From the NCBI GenBank assembly GCA_050014255.1, contig JBEKDR010000003.1:20497-84496 (forward strand): a stretch of 64,000 nucleotides of DNA. Direction: 5' to 3'. Source of the DNA: Bacteroidales bacterium. GTDB taxonomy: Bacteria > Bacteroidota > Bacteroidia > Bacteroidales > VadinHA17. Both the position numbers and the translations under genes were made by a program. A model generated the notes under the pieces. The model was not told the origin of the DNA. It saw only the letters and a list, made by a program, of their open reading frames with translations, and did no database searches. Below, in pieces: positions 49,066-57,811 of this stretch. The stretch's first letter is position 1. Every line of letters starts with the position of its first letter.

Positions 49066-50175
49066 TTATTCAAGTCTTATCTTAAATTTCCTTACGCTGA
49101 GTCCTATAAAAACCAGAGTCATCACTATCAGAATGAGTGTCTCTTTCCAGATATAAATAAAACCGGTTCCTTTTATCATAATGTTCTTTATTATCACAAT
49201 AAAGTATCTTGGTGGTAATATTGAACTTACATAATCATAAATTTTTGGCATGTTCTCAATTGGGAAAATAAATCCTGAAAGCAAGACAGTTGGCAACATC
49301 AACCCTATCAGGGAAATGAAGATAGCCTGTTGCATTGTTTTTGAGACTGTTGATATCAGAATTCCGAGAGTTAAACTCATCAATATGTAAAGCATGCATT
49401 CAGCAAGGAGAAGTATTATGCTTCCTTTCACCGGGAGCCCGAATACTAACCATGATAACAGAAGTATCAGAAGCACATTGACAAATGAGAGGAAGAAGTA
49501 GGGCATCACTTTTCCAAGAATTATCTGGATTGGACGAAGAGGGGAGACCAGCAAAACCTCCATTGTTCCAAACTCTTTTTCCCGTGTTATTGTAACGGAT
49601 GTCATCAATGCACATATCAGTATGAGGATTAAGGTTATAACTCCCGGGACAAACATAAAATGACTTTTAAGAGATGGATTATAAAGCATTTTTACTTCAG
49701 GGCTTATCCTGATAGCGTTCTTTAAGCCGGGTCCTGCTGACTCCATGGAGAAGTCATTCACTATCGAAGTCGTATAATTTGTAATAAGTGTGGCAGTATT
49801 AGGTTCAGATCCATCAGAAATAATACTCAGAGATGCGTTGCCTTCGCTTATCAGCTTTTTACCGAAATCATCTTCATATACTATTACAGCTTTGGTTTTA
49901 CCTTTTTTAAAGACTTTGTCGATATCTTCATAATTCAGTAGGTTTTCTGTTTTTTTAAAAAATCCTGAAGAGAAAATTTTGTCAGTCAGTTTAAGAGTTA
50001 TTTCATCATGTGATAAGTCGAGTACGGTAACGCCTGCATTTTTAATATCTGTACTTACTGCGTAACCGAAGATGAGTATTTGGGCAGCCGGAATACCAAA
50101 TAGTATAAAGAGTGTGCGATAATCCCTGAAAATATGCTGGAACTCTTTTTTTACAAAACCGAGCAATCGTTTCAT
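49066..50175 (-). CDS. ABC-2 type transporter permease
   Basis: 369 aa, with the same architecture as its paralogous neighbour. Confidence 0.8.
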   Translation of the reverse strand: MKRLLGFVKKEFQHIFRDYRTLFILFGIPAAQILIFGYAVSTDIKNAGVTVLDLSHDEITLKLTDKIFSSGFFKKTENLLNYEDIDKVFKKGKTKAVIVYEDDFGKKLISEGNASLSIISDGSEPNTATLITNYTTSIVNDFSMESAGPGLKNAIRISPEVKMLYNPSLKSHFMFVPGVITLILILICALMTSVTITREKEFGTMEVLLVSPLRPIQIILGKVMPYFFLSFVNVLLILLLSWLVFGLPVKGSIILLLAECMLYILMSLTLGILISTVSKTMQQAIFISLIGLMLPTVLLSGFIFPIENMPKIYDYVSSILPPRYFIVIIKNIMIKGTGFIYIWKETLILIVMTLVFIGLSVRKFKIRLE

Positions 50176-50897
50176 GGTCTCGCTATTTTAATAAATACCT
50201 CCTCAACAGATGCAGCATTATATTGCTTCTTTAGCTTTTCAGGTGTGTCCAGCGCTACAATCTTCCCTTCGTTCATTATTGAGATCCTGTCGCAGTATTC
50301 CGCTTCATCCATATAATGTGTTGTAACGAATACAGTTATCCCTCTTGAAGCTGTTTCATATATCGTTTCCCAGAACTGTCTTCTGGTAATTGGATCTACA
50401 CCACCAGTGGGTTCATCAAGAAATACGATTTTTGGTTCGTGCAATACTGCAACTGAGAAGGCAAGCTTTTGTCTTAGTCCGAGAGGAAGATCTGATATCA
50501 TTCTGTTCTCGTCTTTCTGAAAATGGAGCTTTTCGAGCAGACTGGCAAGCCTTTCCCTGATAAAAGATTTGCTCATACCATAAATACCGCCATATAATAT
50601 AATGTTTTCTTTCACGGTCAGGTCTTCATAAAGTGAGAATTTCTGACACATATAACCGATATTCTTTTTAATCATTTCTGCCTGTTTGTAGGCGTCGTAT
50701 CCGGCAACATTAACCTCTCCTGCGGTGGGTTTTGAAAGCCCTGAAAGAATCCTGAGAGCTGTTGTTTTTCCTGCACCGTTAGCCCCCAGAAATCCGAAAA
50801 TTTCACCTGCAAAAACATCAAAACTGAGATTATCGTTTGCAGTGAATTTCCCGAACTTCTTTACCAGATTCTTAACGTAGATTACCTTTTCAATCAT
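50172..50897 (-). CDS. ABC transporter ATP-binding protein
   Basis: Walker A GANGAGKTT and Walker B IVFLDEPTGGVD. 241 aa. Confidence 0.9.
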   Translation of the reverse strand: MIEKVIYVKNLVKKFGKFTANDNLSFDVFAGEIFGFLGANGAGKTTALRILSGLSKPTAGEVNVAGYDAYKQAEMIKKNIGYMCQKFSLYEDLTVKENIILYGGIYGMSKSFIRERLASLLEKLHFQKDENRMISDLPLGLRQKLAFSVAVLHEPKIVFLDEPTGGVDPITRRQFWETIYETASRGITVFVTTHYMDEAEYCDRISIMNEGKIVALDTPEKLKKQYNAASVEEVFIKIARP

Positions 50898-50959
50898 CTA
50901 ATTAATGTTATGTTGTTTTGTCGTTATGTCAAAAATTGTCTTGTTGTTTTTATTTGCCT

Positions 50960-51076
50960 CTTTCCTGGGCCCTCCTCCTTCGCTAAAGCTTCGAAGGACA
51001 CGTGCGCCCTGCATTGCCAGCCGAATCCGCCTGCTGGCGGAGAAGGTTGGTGCCCTGAGCCCTTTACCCTGCGCCC
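50960..51076. repeat. GC-rich palindromic insert between the two ATPase genes of the operon
   Basis: Hairpin CCTTCG..CGAAGG (50977-50997). CCGCCTGCTGGCGG (51027-51040) is a one-mismatch variant of the 14-mer seen at 1926 and 44923. The track ORFs 50905..51147 and 50910..51143 are its translations. Confidence 0.75.
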
Positions 51077-51997
51077 TTATTCCGCTCCCCCTTTTTCCAT
51101 CAGTTCGAGGAACCTGTCTTCAATTCCTGCTTCAGCTTCCTGAATAACCGCATCATTAATACCTTCTCTTATCAGGTATTCAAAAAGGGAATTATCTGAT
51201 GAATCGTTAAATAATGTCACATGTATAGAGTCGCCAAACGGATATGCTGTGAGAACCTCCTGATTTTTCCTGAGTGTTTTAATCAGCTTGTATTTCTCAA
51301 CCGATTTAACGGTAAAAAGTTTTCTGCTGAAACCGGCTCTGATCTTTTGAGGTGTATCAATTGACAGGATTTTCCCATTCTGTATCAGAGCCACTCTGTC
51401 GCATCGAATGGCTTCATCCATATAAGGTGTTGATACAATGATAGATATATTATGTTGTCGTAATTTACTCAGCATATCCCAGAACTCTGATCTTGAAACA
51501 GCATCAACTCCTGTCGTCGGTTCATCCAGAACAAGAAGCCTGGGTTTATGAATCAGTGCACAGGATAGCGCCAGCTTTTGCTTCATACCTCCTGACAGTT
51601 TACCGGCCAGGCGCTTTTTGAACGGTTCTATGTGAGAGTAGATATCTGCAATAAGCTCATAATTTTCCTCAACTGTAGTTCCAAATACAGTTGCATAAAA
51701 ATTTAGATTTTCTTCGACAGAAAGATCCTGGTACAGGCTGAACCTGCCTGGCATATAACCTATGTTTTTCCGAAGTTGGTTATAGTCAGATGTAGCATCC
51801 ATGCCAAGGACTTTCATATTCCCTATATCAGGCAATAACAGTGTGGTAATGATCCTGAACAAGGTGGTTTTTCCGGCGCCATCCGGACCAATAAATCCAA
51901 AAATCTCAGATTCATTTACCGAAAAGGTAATATCATCAAGAGCCAATATTGGTCCAAAGGATTTAGTTATACCCGATGATTCAATAGCTTTTATCAT
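51077..51997 (-). CDS. ABC transporter ATP-binding protein
   Basis: Walker A GPDGAGKTT, signature LSGGMKQKL and Walker B LLVLDEPTTGVD. Start set at ATG 51997 (MIKAIESSGITKSF), 4 nt after the HlyD stop. Confidence 0.9.
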   Translation of the reverse strand: MIKAIESSGITKSFGPILALDDITFSVNESEIFGFIGPDGAGKTTLFRIITTLLLPDIGNMKVLGMDATSDYNQLRKNIGYMPGRFSLYQDLSVEENLNFYATVFGTTVEENYELIADIYSHIEPFKKRLAGKLSGGMKQKLALSCALIHKPRLLVLDEPTTGVDAVSRSEFWDMLSKLRQHNISIIVSTPYMDEAIRCDRVALIQNGKILSIDTPQKIRAGFSRKLFTVKSVEKYKLIKTLRKNQEVLTAYPFGDSIHVTLFNDSSDNSLFEYLIREGINDAVIQEAEAGIEDRFLELMEKGGAE

Positions 51998-52001
51998 CTG
52001 A

Positions 52002-52895
52002 TTATTTTTGCCCGATTGTGAAAAGAGCCTCACCCGGCATTCCCGATTTAAGGGTGCCATCATTTATTACATCTATTTTCACTGCATAGACCATTATCAC
52101 ACGTTCCTCCTTTGTCTGAATGATTTTAGGAGTAAACTCAGCCTTATCCGATATGTAACTGATAGTTCCTGTGAATGAACTGAATCCCTTTTCGCCATTA
52201 TCAATCCTAACCGTACATGTCTGCCCGATTTTTATTTTGCCCAACTGTGCACCGCTTACAAAAGCCTTTAACTTAATAATTGAAAGATCTGCTATTTTAA
52301 CAAGAGGTTTGCCTGCAGCTGTTATCTCTCCTGCTTCTGAATACTTTTCGATGATTGTCCCTTTCAGAGGGCTTTTTACATAACACCTTTTTATCTGATC
52401 ATTCAGTGTGGCTTTTTTCGATTTAGAGACAGACAATTCTGCTGCCACGGAGGCTTTTTGAGTATTATTTGCCGTGATCTGTTTTTGTAAAACAGAAACC
52501 TGTCCTGTCAGATCGTCATATTGTTTTTGGGTCGCGGCATCGTCCTTAAGCATTTTTCCGAACCTTGAGATATTCACATTTATATTTTCGATCTGCTGAT
52601 TAAGGATATCATTCTGAGCATTGATTGAACTGATAGTAGTTTTAATACTCTTCATACCGGCGTCAATTTCATCAGCCTGCAGATGCAGGACTGTGGTGTC
52701 AATCAGGGCAATTATTCCATTCTTATCTACCAGAGTACCCTCTACAGGATCAAACTTCATGATTCTCCCGTTCGTTTCAGCGGAGATAATGACTTCAGTC
52801 GCTTCAAAATTCCCGAATGCATCAGCTTTATCGGTTTTGTTTTTGCAGCCGGCCAGAAACATGGCGGCAATTATTATTAATGATGTGGTTTTCAT
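52002..52895 (-). CDS. HlyD-family membrane fusion lipoprotein
   Basis: Lipobox AAMFLAGC. Coiled-coil hairpin flanked by beta-barrel segments (YVKSPLKGTI). Confidence 0.85.
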   Translation of the reverse strand: MKTTSLIIIAAMFLAGCKNKTDKADAFGNFEATEVIISAETNGRIMKFDPVEGTLVDKNGIIALIDTTVLHLQADEIDAGMKSIKTTISSINAQNDILNQQIENINVNISRFGKMLKDDAATQKQYDDLTGQVSVLQKQITANNTQKASVAAELSVSKSKKATLNDQIKRCYVKSPLKGTIIEKYSEAGEITAAGKPLVKIADLSIIKLKAFVSGAQLGKIKIGQTCTVRIDNGEKGFSSFTGTISYISDKAEFTPKIIQTKEERVIMVYAVKIDVINDGTLKSGMPGEALFTIGQK

Positions 52896-52924
52896 ATTGT
52901 TAAAATATATTGTTAATCAATGAA

Positions 52925-54223
52925 TTATTCTATCTCTTTTCCGCTTATATTCAGATATTCAATCTTCGCCATTGAAAGATTTATTTTATGGATCTCAAAA
53001 TTTATCTGAGCCTGACGTTCCGAATTAAGCTCGTTCAGGTATTCAGTTGCTGTGATAGTACCGTTTTGATATTGCGATTCAGCTGAGGCAGTAATTCTTT
53101 TCCTCAGGGTAATAAGTTCATTATCCCTGTCTATCAGAGCCTTTATGCTTAGGATTTCAGCATTTTTTGAAACAAGAAGCCTGTTCAGGTTATCTGTCAG
53201 ATCGTTTTTCCTGTTTTCAATAATGCTTTGTTGAAATGTGATTATTTGTTTCTCATTTTTGGTTTTGTTCCAGTCGAATATGTTCCATTTGACACTGGCT
53301 CCGACTATATAATAAGGAGCAAACTCATTTTTAAAAAAGTTGCTGCCCGGAGGGTTGCCGTACCCGAGCGTGGCAAATCCAAAGGCTTTCGGCATTCTGT
53401 TGCTTTCTATGACTTTCAATCCGGCTCCAAGTTGATCTTTTCTCATATCCAGTAATTGTAATTCGGGTCGCATTAATTCATTTGAAAATTCCACGGTCTG
53501 AGACGGAACAACAAATTCTGTTGAAGTTTCTATATCTTTGCCGGTAAGATTTGACAGGACTTTAAGAAAAGAGACTTTCATTATCTCATTTTCAGCCAGT
53601 TGCTGTTCAATATTAATTTTTTCCGATGTCAGAACATCAATATCTGATTTAATAATAACACCGTTGTTAATTCCGGATTGCATAGAAGAGATGCGTTTTT
53701 CTATTAACTCAAGATATGTACCCAGCAGTTCTTTCTGCCTTGCAAGCAGCAACAGGTTGAAATAATAATTGTTAATCTCTGCGCGAAGTTTATACAGATC
53801 TGTTTCGGTCTGCTTCTGATTAACATTCATATCGGCTTTTTCAAGTGCCCTGGCGCCTTTTATTGCCCCACCGTCGTAAATAACCTGATTAATATCGAGA
53901 GTGATTTTATATTGTTCATTGGGAAGAGGTTTTATAGCGTTTGCGATACCCGGTATTGGGAGCGCGCCAAGAACCCCGCTCAGATCAACCACCGAGGAAT
54001 TGTAGATTAAGCTCCCGTTTGCATCCAGTGAGGGGAGCCATCCCTTTACCAGATTTTCATCTCTTAGTTTTGAAATATCAGAATAACCTTTTTTTTCACC
54101 GGCAAGAGCGTTAGCAGACATTGCCATATCGTAACACTCCTTAAGAGTCAGAATTATTTGAGCCTGTATTGTTAACTGCCAGGGAATTATCAGAATCATC
54201 AGAATCAGGACTTTCCTTTTCAT
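52925..54223 (-). CDS. TolC-family outer membrane efflux protein
   Basis: Signal peptide from ATG 54223 (MKRKVLILMILIIPWQLTIQAQ). Duplicated coiled-coil/beta repeat pattern. Confidence 0.85.
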   Translation of the reverse strand: MKRKVLILMILIIPWQLTIQAQIILTLKECYDMAMSANALAGEKKGYSDISKLRDENLVKGWLPSLDANGSLIYNSSVVDLSGVLGALPIPGIANAIKPLPNEQYKITLDINQVIYDGGAIKGARALEKADMNVNQKQTETDLYKLRAEINNYYFNLLLLARQKELLGTYLELIEKRISSMQSGINNGVIIKSDIDVLTSEKINIEQQLAENEIMKVSFLKVLSNLTGKDIETSTEFVVPSQTVEFSNELMRPELQLLDMRKDQLGAGLKVIESNRMPKAFGFATLGYGNPPGSNFFKNEFAPYYIVGASVKWNIFDWNKTKNEKQIITFQQSIIENRKNDLTDNLNRLLVSKNAEILSIKALIDRDNELITLRKRITASAESQYQNGTITATEYLNELNSERQAQINFEIHKINLSMAKIEYLNISGKEIE

Positions 54224-54280
54224 TTCTTTTTCTATTAAAAAATTTACAATTTTTTGCACTACGGGCATTTCAGGGACTTC

Positions 54281-54892
54281 TTACCTGGTTATGGCTTTTA
54301 TTACAAAATCCGCAGCGAATTCTTTTCTCAATTCTATATATTTATCAAAATCAACTCCCAGGTTATCAAATACAACTTCAAGAATTCCTTTAGCAGCAAA
54401 CGGGAAAACGCTCATTGAAGCGATTGACGTCAGGATCTGAGGCAGCGTCTCCTCCGTCAGATTATACTTGTATAATTCATTTTCATGATGTTTAAGGATC
54501 GTGAGCCACAAATATTTGAAATCAATATTCTTGATAAGCTTCTGTATCCTTTGGGGGTTATGATTTATTTCATTCAGAATGAACCCGGGAAGTTTCGGAT
54601 TCTGCTGCATGAAGGTAATATGCTCCCTGAAGAAGAACCTGATTTTTTCTTCAAGGGAAAGATCTTTTTCAAAAATAGGGGTGAATTTCATGAACATTTT
54701 CTTTGCCAGTTTGGTAAAGACAGCCTCAAAAAGATGATCCTTTGTCCGGAAATAATAATGAAGCAACGCCTTATTAATACCTGCCCGATCAGCTATTCTC
54801 TGCATTCTGGCACCTGTCAGTCCTTCCTCTTCGAAAACTATTTCAGCAGCTTCAAAGATCTTATCCTCTGTCAGTTTTTCGTTTTCGCTCAT
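54281..54892 (-). CDS. TetR/AcrR family transcriptional regulator
   Basis: N-terminal HTH (GLTGARMQRIADRAGINKALLHYYFRTKDHLF). Confidence 0.9.
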   Translation of the reverse strand: MSENEKLTEDKIFEAAEIVFEEEGLTGARMQRIADRAGINKALLHYYFRTKDHLFEAVFTKLAKKMFMKFTPIFEKDLSLEEKIRFFFREHITFMQQNPKLPGFILNEINHNPQRIQKLIKNIDFKYLWLTILKHHENELYKYNLTEETLPQILTSIASMSVFPFAAKGILEVVFDNLGVDFDKYIELRKEFAADFVIKAITR

Positions 54893-54893
54893 A

Positions 54894-54938
54894 TTTAACC
54901 TGTTGGTTTAACTGTAGGGTTTAACTATAAGGTTTAAC
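54894..54938. promoter_or_regulatory. Four direct (GG)TTTAAC repeats with an exact 13-bp period, abutting the tetR start codon; candidate operator array
   Basis: TTTAAC occurs at 54894, 54907, 54920 and 54933. The last three copies are GGTTTAAC. Confidence 0.4.
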
Positions 54939-55057
54939 CGAATGGTCAAAAATAATATGAATTTTTTATCTGACAAAATAATATTGAAAAATAATTTTAT
55001 TGAGGATCGATATTTCTTAATTTTGCATATGGTCTCGCTGACCTACCATAATATTAT

Positions 55058-55708
55058 ATGATGCATAACAGGAAGCTGACAAGGTTATCCGGATTTGACT
55101 ATTCTGAGAACAGGAATTACTTTTTCACAATTTGTATTCAGAACCACGAGAAAACATTTGGCTCAATTGCAAACAAATCAATGTTATTATCGAAAAATGG
55201 TATTATTGCAATGGAACAATGGCAATGGTTGGGCAATCAATACCCGTACAGTGATTTAATTTCATTTGTAATTATGCCGGATCATGTACATGGAATAATT
55301 TATATTGATACTGATTTTTATAAACATTATGTAGGGAACGGTCGCGACCGTTCCCTACACATAAACCCCGACCGTTCCCTACACATAAACCCCGACCGTT
55401 CCCTACACATAAACCCCGACCGTTCCCTACACATAAACCCCGACCGTTCCCTACACATAAACCCCGACCATTCCCTACACATAAACCCCGACTGTTCTCT
55501 ACCCACAAATCAAACAAATCCCAAGATCAAACCATTACCTGAATTAATCGGTGCATATAAAACAACCGTATCAAAACGAATACATATGTCAGGTGATGTG
55601 AATTTTAAATGGCAAAAATCATATTACGAACATATCATCAGAAATCGACGATCATTGATTTTGATCAAACATTATATCGAAACCAATCCGGAACATTGGA
55701 TTGTGTAG
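55058..55708 (+). CDS. IS200/IS605-family HUH tyrosine transposase of the REP-associated (RAYT-like) type, with a repeat-encoded 56-aa insertion
   Basis: HUH motif IMPDHVHGII and catalytic Tyr context WQKSYYEHIIRN. The insertion between them reads VGNGRDRSLHINP(DRSLHINP)x4 DHSLHINPDCSLPTNQ. Confidence 0.8.
   Translation: MMHNRKLTRLSGFDYSENRNYFFTICIQNHEKTFGSIANKSMLLSKNGIIAMEQWQWLGNQYPYSDLISFVIMPDHVHGIIYIDTDFYKHYVGNGRDRSLHINPDRSLHINPDRSLHINPDRSLHINPDRSLHINPDHSLHINPDCSLPTNQTNPKIKPLPELIGAYKTTVSKRIHMSGDVNFKWQKSYYEHIIRNRRSLILIKHYIETNPEHWIV
55331..55512 (+). repeat. 28-bp perfect palindrome followed by about 6 tandem 24-bp units (half-site CGACCGTTCCCTAC + ACATAAACCC) inside the transposase CDS
   Basis: GTAGGGAACGGTCGCGACCGTTCCCTAC at 55331-55358. 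Units start at 55345, 55369, 55393, 55417, 55441 and 55465, with a degenerate unit at 55489. Confidence 0.95.
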
Positions 55709-55901
55709 GGAACGGTCGCGACCGTTCCCTACATTAAATTCGACCGTTCCCTACATTAAATTCGACCGTTCCCTACAATCAATTCGACCGTTCCCTACAT
55801 CAAATTCGACCGTTCCCTGCATCCAATTCGACCGTTCCCTGCATCCAGTTCGACCGTTGTATGATAATAAATCACCAGTAACGGTCGCGACCGTTCCCTA
55901 C
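55705..55901 (+). repeat. The same 28-bp palindrome overlapping the transposase stop codon, then about 6.5 tandem 22-bp units of the same half-site, closed by a truncated palindrome
   Basis: Palindrome at 55705-55732 (TAG stop at 55706-55708). Units start at 55719, 55741, 55763, 55785, 55807 and 55829, with a partial unit at 55851. AACGGTCGCGACCGTTCCCTAC at 55880-55901. Confidence 0.95.
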
Positions 55902-55954
55902 AGAACGTTATCATTCACGTTAAATATTCGTATTCACAAAAAAAAATAAAAACT

Positions 55955-55991
55955 ATTGCATTTATAAAAAATAATATTTTATATTTGCAAT
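55955..55991 (+). promoter_or_regulatory. Candidate promoter (TTG-N21-TATATTTG) overlapped by the inverted repeat ATTGCA-N25-TGCAAT; possible PadR operator
   Basis: TTG at 55956-55958, TATATTTG at 55980-55987, and IR arms at 55955-55960 / 55986-55991. It lies about 30 nt upstream of the padR ATG. Confidence 0.4.
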
Positions 55992-56017
55992 ATATAAATA
56001 ACTTATATATTAAAAAT

Positions 56018-56362
56018 ATGATACCAACAGACCTTATTAAAGGATCGTTAAAGACAATAGTTCTGAAACTATTGAAAGAAAATGGGCGCATGTATGGTTA
56101 CGAAATTACCCGGAAGGTGGAAGAACTGACAAATGGCAAGATAAAACTGACGTATGGTGCTCTTTATCCTGTGTTGCATAAACTTGAAAGCGAAGGAGTT
56201 CTTGTTACTGAATCGGAAAACTTCAATAACCGTATCCGGATCTACTACCTGCTGACACCCCACGGACAATCCGTTGTCGCTGAGAAGATAAAAGAACTGA
56301 ACGAGTTCATTGAATCTCTTCAGCGGATAGTTGATACCAGACCAGGATTAAGCCATGCCTGA
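56018..56362 (+). CDS. PadR family transcriptional regulator
   Basis: LKGSLKTIVLKLLKENGRMYGYEITRKVEELTNGKIKLTYGALYPVLHKLESEGVL is the canonical PadR winged helix. ATG 56018 is preferred over TTG 55985. Confidence 0.9.
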   Translation: MIPTDLIKGSLKTIVLKLLKENGRMYGYEITRKVEELTNGKIKLTYGALYPVLHKLESEGVLVTESENFNNRIRIYYLLTPHGQSVVAEKIKELNEFIESLQRIVDTRPGLSHA

Positions 56363-57788
56363 ACTCAGTCTGCAGCATATTGATCTGATCAGCCACGACA
56401 TCAGCAGACAGGAGATCATATTTTCACATCTCCTCGAAGATCTTGTCGATCATGTATGCTGTGATGTGGAAAATGAGATGCAGAAAGGGATGAGCTTCAC
56501 TGAAGCTTATCAGAGGGTAAAACAAAAAATGGGACCACGAAGGTTAAAAGAGATTCAGGAAGAAACACTTTATGCAGTTGATACAAAATACAGATTTATG
56601 AAAAACATGATGAAAATTTCAGGCGTTGCAGGCACGGTATTGTTTGGCTTTGCAGCAATATTTAAAATTCAGCACTGGCCCCTTGCAGGGGTTCTAATGA
56701 CTCTTGGGGCTTTCCTTCTCGCATTTATTTTCCTGCCGTCAGCTCTGAGTGTACTTTGGAAAGAGTCTCATAACCGGAAGAGAATATTCCTGTTTATATC
56801 AGCGTTTTTTGCAGGGGTGCTCTTGATTTCAGGGATTCTCTTTAAAATTCAGCACTGGCCAATAGCAGGAGCAATTTTAACCCTGGCAGCATTATCCGGT
56901 ATTCTGTTTTTTATCCCGGCACTGGTTCTAAGCAGACTGTCGGATCAGGATAACAAAGCCAAGCGCCCCGCCTACATCCTGGGTTCAGCTGGCTCAGTGC
57001 TATTTATTGCCGGTATGCTCTTTAAAATACAGCACTGGCCCCTCGCAACTGTGTTTTTGCTTACCGGAATATTCCTTTTATGCTTCCTGGCGTTCCCCAT
57101 GTTTACCCGGCTTACCTGGAAGGAAGAAAGTCATATTAGTTCCATGTTCATTTTCCTGGTCATTGGATTTCTATTAATTGTAGTCCCGGGAGCTATGGTA
57201 ACCCTGAACCTGCAGCATTCATACCAGGCTTATTATTATCCTAATAATGATCAACAGAATGCATTATATGATTATTTATTCAGGAATAACAGTTCTATGA
57301 TCAGCCGATATAGCGATTCCTTAAACTACGATAAGATGGAACAGCTGCATTTAAAAACTGCTGGAATTCTTGCAACTATAAGCAATATCCAGGAGAAGAT
57401 GGTTCAGGAATCAGAAGGGCAACCAGGCAAACCTGCCGTGAGCGATGGTCAGATAAGTCAGACTAAAACCGGTCAGGAAATATTATACATGAAACTTTCA
57501 AGACCGTTCGATCCCCGACCAGCGAAGGTTTTTCTTTTGCCTGGCTGTAGTACGCGGATGGAACTTAATTCGTCAATGGCAGAATATGTAAGCTACTTAA
57601 CCAGCATAACTCCTTCAGAAGATTTGCTGAAGTACAAAAAAATGCTTGACATAGAAACATTCCTGCCTGACGGAAAACCAGAAAAAGGTGAAATGTCTTT
57701 AATGGCAGGCCTTCACACTCTTGAAATTATGAAAAACGGGATGCTTACGGTTGAATCATGTGTATTAAAAAGAATTGTAAAACATTGA
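56355..57788 (+). CDS. PadR-associated polytopic protein: cytoplasmic helical head, three GldL-like KxxHW TM hairpins, a 7th TM, and an extracytoplasmic GldM-N-like domain
   Basis: Motifs AIFKIQHWPLAG, ILFKIQHWPIAG and MLFKIQHWPLAT each sit between two hydrophobic helices. A final TM (FIFLVIGFLLIVVPGAMVTL) is followed by about 190 soluble residues. The start overlaps the padR stop (ATGCCTGA). Confidence 0.6.
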   Translation: MPELSLQHIDLISHDISRQEIIFSHLLEDLVDHVCCDVENEMQKGMSFTEAYQRVKQKMGPRRLKEIQEETLYAVDTKYRFMKNMMKISGVAGTVLFGFAAIFKIQHWPLAGVLMTLGAFLLAFIFLPSALSVLWKESHNRKRIFLFISAFFAGVLLISGILFKIQHWPIAGAILTLAALSGILFFIPALVLSRLSDQDNKAKRPAYILGSAGSVLFIAGMLFKIQHWPLATVFLLTGIFLLCFLAFPMFTRLTWKEESHISSMFIFLVIGFLLIVVPGAMVTLNLQHSYQAYYYPNNDQQNALYDYLFRNNSSMISRYSDSLNYDKMEQLHLKTAGILATISNIQEKMVQESEGQPGKPAVSDGQISQTKTGQEILYMKLSRPFDPRPAKVFLLPGCSTRMELNSSMAEYVSYLTSITPSEDLLKYKKMLDIETFLPDGKPEKGEMSLMAGLHTLEIMKNGMLTVESCVLKRIVKH

Positions 57789-57811
57789 TATTAAATTAAA
57801 TACATAAAACT

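Larger units (their letters stand above)
55058..55901 (+). mobile_element. RAYT-like transposase gene together with its flanking and internal palindromic (REP-like) arrays
   Basis: The same 28-bp palindrome occurs at 55331-55358 and 55705-55732, with a truncated third copy at 55880-55901. Confidence 0.6.

Noticed and set aside
55345-55860. Possible CRISPR array, given the regularly spaced repeats in and after the transposase gene
   Set aside because: The repeat core is only 14 nt and the spacers are 8-10 nt and nearly identical to each other. One array is in frame inside a CDS, and no cas genes are nearby. These are tandem repeats of a palindrome half-site, not repeat-spacer units.
55272-55949. 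Track ORFs 55272..55517 (-) and 55701..55949 (+) as genes
   Set aside because: Their peptides (GNGRGLCV repeats; FDRSLH/STVPY repeats) are simply other-frame translations of the tandem arrays. They have no independent coding signal.
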